Shown here: positions 25,948 through 34,744 of the stretch, in pieces | Layout of the letters: each line of letters starts with the position of its first letter | Numbering within the stretch: position 1 is the stretch's first letter | Virus record (IMG/VR): IMGVR_UViG_3300037742_000058 | Span: 1 to 43,269 of that record | Length of the DNA stretch: 43,269 bases | Origin: a virus | Taxonomy: Duplodnaviria; Caudoviricetes | Strand: one strand, 5' to 3' | Notes under the pieces: generated by a model | Seen by the model: the letters and a program-made list of their open reading frames with translations, nothing else | Told to the model about the DNA's origin: nothing | The model's database searches: none | Translations under genes and position numbers: made by a program

Positions 25948-27930
25948 GTGGCAACCCGCGCAGAAATCCAAGCGGCCCTGGCGCAGTACGAGAAAACTGG
26001 CAATCAGGACGCGGCACGCCGGCTAAAAGCTACGCTGGACGCGATGCCTGCGGGCAGTGACGGTAGATCATTCGGTGCGCCCAAAGCAGCCCCACCGCCG
26101 TCTCTTGGCGACCGGGCTGCGCAACTCGCGTCACTCGACACCACGAAACAGGGCGGAATTCTCGAGGCGGTTGCCGGCACCGCGGAAACGGCCGGCACGC
26201 TTGTGACCGGTGCCGTCGCCGCGCCTATCGCGGGGCTTGGCGCCGGCATCTACGAGACGGCGCGGCAGGTGCTCGCAGGCAACTCGGTCCAATCCGGTAC
26301 AGAGGGCGACCGGGCAGTAACCGACGCGGCCGAACGGGCCTCGCAGGCCGCCACGTATCTTCCGCGCACGCAAACCGGCCGGTCGCAAGTCGCGGCAATC
26401 GGCAAGGCGATTGCACCGGTCGCGGATGAGCTTATCGCGCTCGGCCCGCTGGCTGCCGAAGCGCCCACGATTATGCAGACCGCGCGCACTGCAGCCCGAG
26501 CCGGTCAGGCAGCAGCCGAGTCTACCGGGTTACCGGCAGCAGCTGCCGAGGCGGCCGCACGTGCCGGCACTGCTGTCACCGAGGGCGCCTCCGCTGTACG
26601 CGACGGTGCCCGCGCAGCCGCAGCACGCGCAGGCGCGGCACTGGAACGGCCCGCACCGCCGGGCCCCGACAATGCGCCGCCCAGTGCAGGCGCAGCAGGT
26701 GTGCCGCCGGCTGATGTGCGGCGTGCGGGTGCTGCAGAGCTCGGCTTCACCGATGACGCGCGGCTCACCAAAGGGCAGGCCACGCAAGACACGGTTGAAA
26801 TCGGGTTCGAGCGCGAGCAGGCCAAGAACCTCGAGCGCGGCGCGGAAATCCGCCAGCGCTTCGAGAACCAGGCGCGCCGCGCGGAACTCGTGTTCGACGA
26901 CTTCGTGGACAAGACTGGTGGCTCCGTGCCGGACTTCTCCGGCGGCGGCAAGGTAGCGCTCGGCAGCAAGATCCAAAAAGCACTGTCGGAGGGCAGCGCG
27001 AAGCAGAAAGCGGAAGTTCGTGTGAAATACGCGCGCGCCGAAAAGGAAGAGGGCGGGCTTGCCACGAACGGCGGCACCGTCGCTCAGTACCTGACTGACA
27101 ACGCGAGCGCACGCGGTACCGCACCGATCCTGAAAGCTGCGCAGGCCGAGGCCAAGCGTCTCGGCATCGCAAAGGACGGCACCGGTCAGACGACCGACAT
27201 CAAAACGTTGTATGAGCTGCGCAAGTTCATCTCGCAGAACGCGGGCCGCGAAGGGTCAAACGCGTACCACGGTGGTGAGCTGAAGAAACTGATTGATGAG
27301 CGCATCGCGACCGACGGCGGTCCGTTGTACAAGCAGGCTACTGAGGCGCATGCGCGCTACAGCTCGCAGTACAAAGACGCCTCGCTGGTCAACGGTATCT
27401 TGGAGAACAAGCCCGGTAGCCCCGACCGCATCATCGCCGCCGATCAGGTGTTGAACCGCATCATTGCGGACAGCACTAGCGTGGAAGAAATCAAACACAT
27501 CCGTCGACTGCTGCAGACGCACGGCGGCGAGGACGGCATTGCCGCGTTCAAAGACCTGCAGGCCGGCGGCATCGAGTACCTGCGCGACATCACGTACAAG
27601 CGCGCCAGGCCCGGGCCGAACGGCACGCTACGGCCGAACGCCACGCAGCTCAACAACGCGGTAAACAAGCTCGATCAGGGCGGGAAGCTCGACGCGCTCT
27701 ACGGCACGCAAGGGGCCGAGAAAATCCGCCTGTTCCGCGATGTCGTGCGTGCGATTGAAAACGTGGAAGGCTCCAACCTCAGCGGGACGGGCAACGTGCT
27801 GTTGGAATTCCTCGAGTCAATCCCGGTCGGCGGCAAGTCTGTAACCGTGGGCCGCAAACTGTTTAACGCCGTTGACGGCCAAATCCGGGACCGCAAGTTA
27901 CGCGCCCGCCTGAAAGAGAATCTGCAATGA
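25948..27930 (+). CDS. Large DNA ejection protein (P22 gp16-like by position)
   Basis: 660-aa Ala-rich helical protein, LTKGQATQD; third gene of the ejection cluster. Confidence 0.65.
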   Translation: MATRAEIQAALAQYEKTGNQDAARRLKATLDAMPAGSDGRSFGAPKAAPPPSLGDRAAQLASLDTTKQGGILEAVAGTAETAGTLVTGAVAAPIAGLGAGIYETARQVLAGNSVQSGTEGDRAVTDAAERASQAATYLPRTQTGRSQVAAIGKAIAPVADELIALGPLAAEAPTIMQTARTAARAGQAAAESTGLPAAAAEAAARAGTAVTEGASAVRDGARAAAARAGAALERPAPPGPDNAPPSAGAAGVPPADVRRAGAAELGFTDDARLTKGQATQDTVEIGFEREQAKNLERGAEIRQRFENQARRAELVFDDFVDKTGGSVPDFSGGGKVALGSKIQKALSEGSAKQKAEVRVKYARAEKEEGGLATNGGTVAQYLTDNASARGTAPILKAAQAEAKRLGIAKDGTGQTTDIKTLYELRKFISQNAGREGSNAYHGGELKKLIDERIATDGGPLYKQATEAHARYSSQYKDASLVNGILENKPGSPDRIIAADQVLNRIIADSTSVEEIKHIRRLLQTHGGEDGIAAFKDLQAGGIEYLRDITYKRARPGPNGTLRPNATQLNNAVNKLDQGGKLDALYGTQGAEKIRLFRDVVRAIENVEGSNLSGTGNVLLEFLESIPVGGKSVTVGRKLFNAVDGQIRDRKLRARLKENLQ

Positions 27931-29855
27931 CCGCACAGTCTGTACTCGCTCCGTACGCGTTGTTTGCCGACCGCACCGGCGCGCCGCTCAACGCCGGGAA
28001 GATCTACATCGGCACGGCCGGCGCCAATCCGATTACGAACCCGATCGCGGTGTGGTTCGACGCGGACCTCACGATACCGGCCGCGCAACCGATCCGTACG
28101 AGCGGCGGCCTGCCGCTCAACAGCGGCGCACCAGCACGACTCTTCGTGGACGCCACCGAGTACAGCATGGTGGTGCAGACATCGGCCGGCTCCACGGTTT
28201 ACAGCTCGCTCACGTCGGAGCTACTGGCGCAGCAGCAACCGTTCGGCATCGATGTGACCGAGGCGGAAACGCTGGCGGGCGTCACCATCGTGGACCGCTC
28301 GCGACTTCCGGGTGATTTCGTTCGCTACGGTTTCAGCACGACCGCCAGTGCTTCGGTAAACGCAACCGCGGCAAACGCTGCGATGCTGGCCAACTCGTTC
28401 TGGTTCTGCGACGACCCGGGCACCTACGTGGTCAACTCCACGTTAAACGTGCAAAGCAATCAATCGGGCCGGCTGTCGCAGGGCGTCACGATACAGGCCG
28501 ACACGTCGATGAGCTCCACGCGGCTGTTCTATATCAACGAAGTTACCAATTTCCGGCTCGACGGCGGCGTGTTCGACGGCAACAAAGCGGCCAACCCGGA
28601 CGGCACCCTATTCGGAGTACAAATTCTGAACTCGCACAATGTGCGGCTGTTCGGCGTAACATCGCAGAATTTTCCGAGTGACAACGCCACGAATGGCGCC
28701 AACGGAGATGGTTTCTACATCGGCGGTTTTGCGGGCGGCGATCCGGGTAGCACCGACGTGGAGCTCCACGGGTGCCGCGGGTTGAACAACGTACGGCAGG
28801 GGCTCTCAATCGTTCGGTCCGATGGCGTGAAGGTCATCGGCGGTAAGTACTCGGGCACGACCGGCAACAATCCGGGTGCGGGCATCGACGTGGAAGCCAA
28901 CCCCGGCCTCGGTACCGCCAGCAACGTCAGTATCGTCGGCGTGGAGCTGTCGGACAACAATTTCGGCTTGGTGCTGACTGAGAGCTCATTCAACGTGTCC
29001 GTGTCAAGTTGCATGATTACTGGAAGCCGTTCGTCGTCGATGCTTGTCTCGGACGTGACAAATGCTACAATCTTAGGGAATATCATCCAGCCTGCGATGA
29101 CGGTATCCGCGCCAATTATCGACTTCCCCAGTTCGCAAAACGTCGTTTTCTCCAAAAACGTCATCATAGGCGACTTAGCCTCCACATTCGAGGGGGCTGC
29201 GATCCGTTTTGCCATCGGCAGCGAGAATATATCCATCACGGATAACACCTTCATGACGACAAAAGGGCAAGCTATGTCGTTGGGTAACAGCGCCAGCACC
29301 GGAGAGCCGACTAATATCGAGTTCTCAAGGAACACGTTAGTAGATTGCCTGGACCCGGTAGCCTCTCCTGCCCGCGGACCGATCGCGATCGGCGGGAACA
29401 CCGGTACATCCCAGTTCCCCCTGTGGGTGACGATAAAAGATAATGTCATCCGGGATACGAGGGCTACCCCCGCAGACTTCGGAGTAATGTTGACCAACAT
29501 ACCAGCGGCCACGCTGGTGAATTACCGTATTAGTGGCAACCGAGTGATGGGGCCAGTGACCCCATACGTAGATAACGTATCTACGGTGCCGCCGTTGTGC
29601 GGTCTCGTAACGTGGAACCCGGCCAGCCTAGTCGACGGTGCGGGAGAGACTTCACCGAACATCACGGTACTCGGCGCCGCGGTTGGGGACGCGGTGGAAG
29701 TTTATCCGCCCTACGCTCTGCAAGGCTTTCTGTGCACGGGAGCGGTGAGCGCAGCTGATACGGTAGTAATCCGAGTGCAGAATGAGACGACGGGGACCGT
29801 CGATTTGGCGAGCGGTAGCTGGCGTGTTCGGGTTCGCAAATTGTTTCAGGATTGA
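27927..29855 (+). CDS. Tailspike: head-binding domain plus pectate-lyase-like beta-helix
   Basis: G.PL..GKIYIG.AG.NP..NPI.V...QPIRT.GG head-binding motif; Asn/Gly-rich repeats (GDGFYI, NNVRQGLSI, GIDVE). Confidence 0.85.
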   Translation: MTAQSVLAPYALFADRTGAPLNAGKIYIGTAGANPITNPIAVWFDADLTIPAAQPIRTSGGLPLNSGAPARLFVDATEYSMVVQTSAGSTVYSSLTSELLAQQQPFGIDVTEAETLAGVTIVDRSRLPGDFVRYGFSTTASASVNATAANAAMLANSFWFCDDPGTYVVNSTLNVQSNQSGRLSQGVTIQADTSMSSTRLFYINEVTNFRLDGGVFDGNKAANPDGTLFGVQILNSHNVRLFGVTSQNFPSDNATNGANGDGFYIGGFAGGDPGSTDVELHGCRGLNNVRQGLSIVRSDGVKVIGGKYSGTTGNNPGAGIDVEANPGLGTASNVSIVGVELSDNNFGLVLTESSFNVSVSSCMITGSRSSSMLVSDVTNATILGNIIQPAMTVSAPIIDFPSSQNVVFSKNVIIGDLASTFEGAAIRFAIGSENISITDNTFMTTKGQAMSLGNSASTGEPTNIEFSRNTLVDCLDPVASPARGPIAIGGNTGTSQFPLWVTIKDNVIRDTRATPADFGVMLTNIPAATLVNYRISGNRVMGPVTPYVDNVSTVPPLCGLVTWNPASLVDGAGETSPNITVLGAAVGDAVEVYPPYALQGFLCTGAVSAADTVVIRVQNETTGTVDLASGSWRVRVRKLFQD

Positions 29856-29863
29856 TATAACGT

Positions 29864-30094
29864 ATGAGTGAACGTGACATCGGGCGCCATGACGAAGCGA
29901 TTGGCGCCCTCAAAGAAGACGTGGCGCAGCTGCGCACGGACGTGGCGGCAATCAAAGACCTGCTGTCAGAGGCCCGCGGCGGCTGGAAATCCCTCATGTG
30001 GGTAGCGGGATTTGCCAGTGCCGCGGGCGCCGTTCTCGTATGGGTCGTAAGTTTCGTCAAGGACTTGGGGTCGATCCCTCCGCCCGCTGGCTGA
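29864..30094 (+). CDS. Small coiled-coil plus transmembrane protein (holin/hemolysin-like)
   Basis: N-terminal heptads and one C-terminal hydrophobic helix. Confidence 0.55.
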   Translation: MSERDIGRHDEAIGALKEDVAQLRTDVAAIKDLLSEARGGWKSLMWVAGFASAAGAVLVWVVSFVKDLGSIPPPAG

Positions 30095-30272
30095 CCGGCC
30101 AGTACGTTGCCGAGTGGATGAACGCGTACAGCAGCACCGGTTGTCCCCGACTCTGCGCCAGCGCTGCAGCCTTCTCTTGCGCCTCGCCTAGCGTGCCGGT
30201 CACCAGCGCCAGTTGTGTCTTGCCTTCACCATCGGCAATGATGAACGACAGTTCCTTGCGCGCGGCGTTCAT
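30057..30272 (-). CDS. Hypothetical protein
   Basis: ATGA overlap with the upstream gene. Confidence 0.55.
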   Translation of the reverse strand: MNAARKELSFIIADGEGKTQLALVTGTLGEAQEKAAALAQSRGQPVLLYAFIHSATYWPVSQRAEGSTPSP

Positions 30273-30955
30273 GGGCCGGTGTACTCGGCGATGAGGTCCC
30301 GCGGGTCCGCGGGACCTTCCTTGTAGTATGAACCGTCGACTGTCCACGCGTAACCAGTCGAGCCGTCCCGTAACGGGTAAAGCGGATTATAAGAGTGATT
30401 TAACGGGGCGGTGATTTCCCCGTTGCGCTGCAGGTATCGTTTGCCTAGCTTCAGTCCGAAAGGTGCCGGAGGCTGTGGCACGACATTGGGTGTCAGGATG
30501 AACGGCGCGTCTGCGGCAATGGCTGCTTGCACCTCCGATTCGGATAGCGGGCCGGGTGCGAGGATTTGCGGGGTCGGCAGTCGCGCACCCGGCGCCAACG
30601 GTGCACCGAACCGTTCGTGCAGCTCCTGCGAGAGCGCCAGGGCGCGCCACGCGAGGGCGGATGCTTCGCTCAGAACGGCCGCTTCGATTTCCTCCCGAAA
30701 AACCGTAATCATCTCGTCGCGGCTCAGCGAGGCCAACAACCCATGCAGGTCCACGAGGTGGCGCAATATGCAGTCCACGTGGTCGGTTGACTTGCCGCGC
30801 GCGTGGTGTAGTGGCTCGCCGGGGTTGTGCTTGGCGTTACCTGCGTGGCTGACACGCGCCACGCCGGCCAACGCGGCCGGGAAGTAGTCAAGGCAGCCCG
30901 ATACCAGCGGTATCTGCTTGCGTTCCTGTGAGTCGGTTGGAAGCGTTGTTTTCAT
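30269..30955 (-). CDS. DUF5664 / dATP-dGTP diphosphohydrolase-like N-terminal domain protein
   Basis: ERK..P..SG.LDYFP.AL..VA.VS..GN.KHNPGEPLH.AR.KS.DH.DC..RHL...AWRALA; GGAG RBS. Confidence 0.7.
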   Translation of the reverse strand: MKTTLPTDSQERKQIPLVSGCLDYFPAALAGVARVSHAGNAKHNPGEPLHHARGKSTDHVDCILRHLVDLHGLLASLSRDEMITVFREEIEAAVLSEASALAWRALALSQELHERFGAPLAPGARLPTPQILAPGPLSESEVQAAIAADAPFILTPNVVPQPPAPFGLKLGKRYLQRNGEITAPLNHSYNPLYPLRDGSTGYAWTVDGSYYKEGPADPRDLIAEYTGP

Positions 30956-31103
30956 CGGCAAGGATCTCCATTCGTTTCAGACAGTATTGAAGGGCTTCAC
31001 GATGCGTGCGGAAATGCTGCTGTGTGCGTCCGGCTTCGACCACCATCCACGGGTAGCCCATGCGGGCCAAATCATCATCGTGGCGGTGGTCGATGCGGAT
31101 CAT
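30888..31103 (-). CDS. Hypothetical protein
   Basis: ATGA overlap at the start; overlaps the next gene at its 3' end. Confidence 0.5.
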   Translation of the reverse strand: MIRIDHRHDDDLARMGYPWMVVEAGRTQQHFRTHREALQYCLKRMEILADENNASNRLTGTQADTAGIGLP

Positions 31104-31378
31104 TTGCCTCGCCTCAGTAGCCACCAGTGCGCAGCGGCGCTGCCGGCGGCGGTCAGGATGATATAGAACACAGCGGTCAGGGCGAAGGCGACTGTATCAC
31201 CGCGCACGTCGATCATCTTCTGCACGATGAAAAACTGTGACGCAAACCAGATACCGTTGCTCGGTATGCTGGCCCACGCGGTGGGCCATGGATCACCGGA
31301 CGCGCGTGCGCGAGTGGTCGCGGTGTGCGAGGCGTTCTGCAGGAACAACAGCACGCCCCAAAGCAGCCAGTCGATCAC
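31100..31378 (-). CDS. Small membrane protein (about 3 TM helices)
   Basis: Three hydrophobic segments; GTGA overlap. Confidence 0.65.
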   Translation of the reverse strand: MIDWLLWGVLLFLQNASHTATTRARASGDPWPTAWASIPSNGIWFASQFFIVQKMIDVRGDTVAFALTAVFYIILTAAGSAAAHWWLLRRGK

Positions 31379-32457
31379 TTTGCACCTGCCTTCGGGACTT
31401 CGACCCACTCCACGCTGCGCTGCCTTGGTTGAACAGCGTCGCATAACACCGGCATGCGCCAGTTGATCCCCGCTTCGTGATGCGTGGTGTAAAGGGCCTG
31501 CTGTGGCGGTTCGAACCCAAAGTTGTTTTGGTACGCGTATTCGTCATACCCCTTGAGGCTGCCGTTCGTCAGGATACGAGCGGTCTGCAAGTACGTGTGC
31601 CAATGCCCCATTTGCAGCAGGTCGTACGGCATGTTGACAGCCTGATTGCGTGCGCGCTTCTTTTGGTCCCCACGCATCACGGGGCCGATATGCCCGATGA
31701 TGCCGTCACCTCCACGAAACTGGTCCCCGTGGGTCAAGCCGAACCGCATGCCGGCCAACTTGTAATAGGCGTCGCTGCCGTCCGGAATATAGAACGTCAC
31801 TCGCTCATCGCCCGCGAACTTCTTGGCCAACATCTGATACAGCAGCCAGCCGAACGAGGTGTGATTGCGCAGTTTGCCGTAGATTTTCTTCGTGTTACGA
31901 TCGTGGTTCCCGCTTACGCACGGCAAAAAGACGTGCCCGAACGTATCAGCGAGCAACCCGATCGCCGGCACGAGATGCTCGTAGAGGTCCAACACCGTTG
32001 GGATGGTCGGTAGCTCATTGGTCGCGGTGAGCTCCTCGTGGATGTCGCCCGTCACCATATCACCACCGAGCGGCACCACGATGCCGGGATAGCGCATCTT
32101 GGGGTCCAACAGGCGCAGCAGCTTGATGGATTTCTGCACGGTGCGCTCGAGCCGCTCACGCGCGATTTGAAGGTTGAACTGGTTCACACCGTTGATTTCC
32201 TTCGGGTTGACTACCTCACCCCAATGGAAATCGGAGAGCAGCAGCGTGGGAACACCGGGCGCAGCGTCGCCTGCAACCTTGCTGGTCCATTTTGGTGTGC
32301 GGATACGGGCGGCAAGCTTGGCAGTCTCGCCTACCGCATCTTGCAGGGCCTGAGCGACCTTCAAATCCTCTTGGGATTTCTTCAGGTCGCGCCGTAGCTG
32401 CAGGATTTCGGTGCGTGGGTCATGCTCCACGCGGAACTGTTTGATTGTCTTGGTCAT
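31375..32457 (-). CDS. Calcineurin-like metallophosphoesterase
   Basis: SDFH, GGDMVTG, SGNHD, THGD and GHWH motifs. Confidence 0.85.
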   Translation of the reverse strand: MTKTIKQFRVEHDPRTEILQLRRDLKKSQEDLKVAQALQDAVGETAKLAARIRTPKWTSKVAGDAAPGVPTLLLSDFHWGEVVNPKEINGVNQFNLQIARERLERTVQKSIKLLRLLDPKMRYPGIVVPLGGDMVTGDIHEELTATNELPTIPTVLDLYEHLVPAIGLLADTFGHVFLPCVSGNHDRNTKKIYGKLRNHTSFGWLLYQMLAKKFAGDERVTFYIPDGSDAYYKLAGMRFGLTHGDQFRGGDGIIGHIGPVMRGDQKKRARNQAVNMPYDLLQMGHWHTYLQTARILTNGSLKGYDEYAYQNNFGFEPPQQALYTTHHEAGINWRMPVLCDAVQPRQRSVEWVEVPKAGAK

Positions 32458-32846
32458 GTGATGCGCTCCACGATGTCGAATTCGGATTGACGCTCGTCAC
32501 GCCGCCCGTTGGCATACCAGTGCCCTGCGTAGTTGCCTTCGCCGGTAACGCAGACGATTGGCTTCGGACCGGGGCAGTCGACGCAGATAGCGAGTATCAC
32601 GCGGTTGTTTCGCATGCGGTACAGGCCACGCTCGGCGACCAGCGGTGCGGTAGGCGGGGCGGGGATAATGTCCCCCGCCCTATACTGCGACCGCGAGGTG
32701 CCGTACGGAGACCGGATGTCTACCGCCCCGCACTTTACCATGACGGCCACCGGGTGGAATTCATCAAAACCGTCAACGCACAATACTCGGACCGGCTCGC
32801 CCGTCCCGCGCAGCACATAACTGCCGGTCATCGTGATCTTATGCAC
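32454..32846 (-). CDS. Hypothetical protein with internal duplication (Y..R....V...CVD twice)
   Basis: YVLRGTGEPVRVLCVDG and YRMRNNRVILAICVDC; coupled in the operon. Confidence 0.65.
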   Translation of the reverse strand: MHKITMTGSYVLRGTGEPVRVLCVDGFDEFHPVAVMVKCGAVDIRSPYGTSRSQYRAGDIIPAPPTAPLVAERGLYRMRNNRVILAICVDCPGPKPIVCVTGEGNYAGHWYANGRRDERQSEFDIVERIT

Positions 32847-33108
32847 GTGTCACCTCGCACATCTGCTTGGCCAATTTGGGCGTGCCGGCCCACAGGAAGG
32901 TTTTCCGGTTCGCCGCGTTGCGTGTCGGCACCAAGTGGGCAACAAACCGCTCGTGGTAACGGTGCAGATCTTGGTTTGCGACTCCGGTGGCGCGGCATAA
33001 TTCGAGCTGATCGACATACCGGTTTCCCAGCTTACGCAGGTACGCGCGGATCTGAGGCGACTTGTCGCGCGTGTGGGCGGCCACGAAGTCAGAAAGCTTT
33101 TTTGGCAT
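32839..33108 (-). CDS. Hypothetical basic protein
   Basis: GGAG RBS before MPKKLSDF; operon context. Confidence 0.6.
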   Translation of the reverse strand: MPKKLSDFVAAHTRDKSPQIRAYLRKLGNRYVDQLELCRATGVANQDLHRYHERFVAHLVPTRNAANRKTFLWAGTPKLAKQMCEVTRA

Positions 33109-33361
33109 GACGGAGTATCTCCAGTTCGGCCGGTTCGGAAAGGACGTCGGCGGCACACTGTACGCAAGTGCATTTGGGCAGTTGAATACCCATCATGTGC
33201 AGAACGAGCTTGCGCCACTTCGGATATGGCCCGTCAGGACGGGTAACGAGGGCGGTCCAAAGCTCCCGCGCTGCGCTTTCGGAGCGTTTGCGTGTGAATC
33301 GTTCGCGCCGCTGCCGGACAGCACGGGCAACTGCGGCGCGCGTCAAAGGCTCGGTGCTCAC
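33089..33361 (-). CDS. Hypothetical protein with CxCxxC motif
   Basis: GTGA overlap; operon context. Confidence 0.55.
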   Translation of the reverse strand: MSTEPLTRAAVARAVRQRRERFTRKRSESAARELWTALVTRPDGPYPKWRKLVLHMMGIQLPKCTCVQCAADVLSEPAELEILRHAKKAF

Positions 33362-33570
33362 GGTGTTCCCACAGGGGCAGCGGCGGCGATGCGATCGGCC
33401 AGCGACTCGAGCACCCGAGCCATGCGTGCCCGGGCTGTGTACGTGGGTTGCGTCGGGTCGGCGCCGGCACGCTCGGCAGCCGCCTCAGCACGCATCGCAG
33501 CGCTGACCACCGCCAACGCGGCCTTCAGCGCCTCCGGCGGCACCGCGGCAGGTGACTTTTGCTTGGCCAT
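33358..33570 (-). CDS. Hypothetical Ala-rich protein
   Basis: GAGGT RBS before MAKQKSP. Confidence 0.6.
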   Translation of the reverse strand: MAKQKSPAAVPPEALKAALAVVSAAMRAEAAAERAGADPTQPTYTARARMARVLESLADRIAAAAPVGTP

Positions 33571-33617
33571 CGTGGTAACCTCGGACCCTCTGTAACTGAT
33601 GGGCAAACGGTACCACG

Positions 33618-34082
33618 ATGACTCAGCCCGCAATGCGAACTGCGTCGGAGATTGCGGCGGATCTCATCCGGGAGTCGGAAGACTTTTCCCCTGTGCCGTA
33701 TCCTTGCCCCGCAAAGGTCCCAACAATCGGTTGGGGATTCACGCGGTACGCCAACGGCTCCCGGGTGTCGCTGTCGGATCCTCCGATGAGCCGTAAGGAC
33801 GCGGACGCTTACCTGCAGCAAGTGGTGTGGCGGGAGCAGGCTGTCGTGCAACGGTTGGTGCCGGGAGTCGACGGGCCGCGGCTCGCCGCACTGGTTGACT
33901 TCACGTTCAACATGGGCGGTAAGGCGTTTGAGCAGTCCACGCTACGCAAGCGGGTGCTGGTGGGCGACTGGCCGGGCGCGTGCGCAGAGCTGCGCCGGTG
34001 GGTACACGGCGGTGGTAAGGTGCTGCCGGGGCTCGTAACACGGCGCGAGCGTGAGATTGCATTGATCCAAGGAACTCTATGA
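33618..34082 (+). CDS. Endolysin, GH24 phage lysozyme
   Basis: E-x8-C-x5-T triad (EDFSPVPYPCPAKVPTIGWG), ALVDFTFNMG, STL, WVHGGGKVLPGLV.RR..E. The start may be 33633. Confidence 0.9.
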   Translation: MTQPAMRTASEIAADLIRESEDFSPVPYPCPAKVPTIGWGFTRYANGSRVSLSDPPMSRKDADAYLQQVVWREQAVVQRLVPGVDGPRLAALVDFTFNMGGKAFEQSTLRKRVLVGDWPGACAELRRWVHGGGKVLPGLVTRREREIALIQGTL

Positions 34083-34483
34083 ACTTTCTGACCCTGGTTC
34101 TACCCTTCCTCGAGAAGATCATCCCGGATCCCAAGGCGCGCGCCGCGGCACAAGCCGAGGCGCTGCGACTGCAGCAGGCCGGGCAAATGGCGGAGCTCGA
34201 CGCGTCGGTCAAGCTGGCCGTTGGTCAAATGGATGTGAACAAAACCGAGGCGGCGAACAGTTCTATGTTCGTTGCGGGCTGGCGCCCGTGGATCGGCTGG
34301 GTGTGCGGGACGGCGCTTGGCTATCAATTCCTGCTGCACCCGCTGCTGTGCTGGCTGAGCTTGGCGCAGGGTTGGCCGGTACCGCCGCGGCTCGACATGG
34401 ACACGCTGCTCACGTTGCTCACCGGTATGTTAGGTCTCGCCGGCCTGCGCACCGGCGAGAAGTTCAAGGGGGTGGCTCGCTGA
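34079..34483 (+). CDS. Holin (GTA 3TM holin-like)
   Basis: IPDP...A.A, N..EA...S.FVAGWRP.IGWVCG, LL.GMLGL.G.R..EK.KGV. Confidence 0.8.
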   Translation: MNFLTLVLPFLEKIIPDPKARAAAQAEALRLQQAGQMAELDASVKLAVGQMDVNKTEAANSSMFVAGWRPWIGWVCGTALGYQFLLHPLLCWLSLAQGWPVPPRLDMDTLLTLLTGMLGLAGLRTGEKFKGVAR

Positions 34484-34744
34484 TTACAGGTCGGCGGCGC
34501 AACCGCTCGGGTCCGTATCGTACTTACGCTGGACCGCGGCAGCCTGAGATGGCGACAACTGATATTCGGTCCAGACACGCTCATGTGCGGCCGGGTATTC
34601 CATTTTATTCTCTTCGATGAACACCAGCATCTGATGATACGCGCGATCTACTTTGCTGATTCTCACGGTTCGGACTCCGGTTGGTTGCGATCTGGGCCGA
34701 ACAGTACAGCCCGTCGCGGTGCAGCAGCAAGTGATCTGCGTCAC
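34484..34744 (-). CDS. Hypothetical protein
   Basis: Follows the pol stop by 1 nt; the start is uncertain. Confidence 0.45.
   Translation of the reverse strand: MTQITCCCTATGCTVRPRSQPTGVRTVRISKVDRAYHQMLVFIEENKMEYPAAHERVWTEYQLSPSQAAAVQRKYDTDPSGCAADL

Noticed and set aside
30269-30955. 2-aminoadenine (Z) genome pathway
   Set aside because: No PurZ or DatZ-like HD hydrolase gene is visible, and the phage encodes an adenine methylase.
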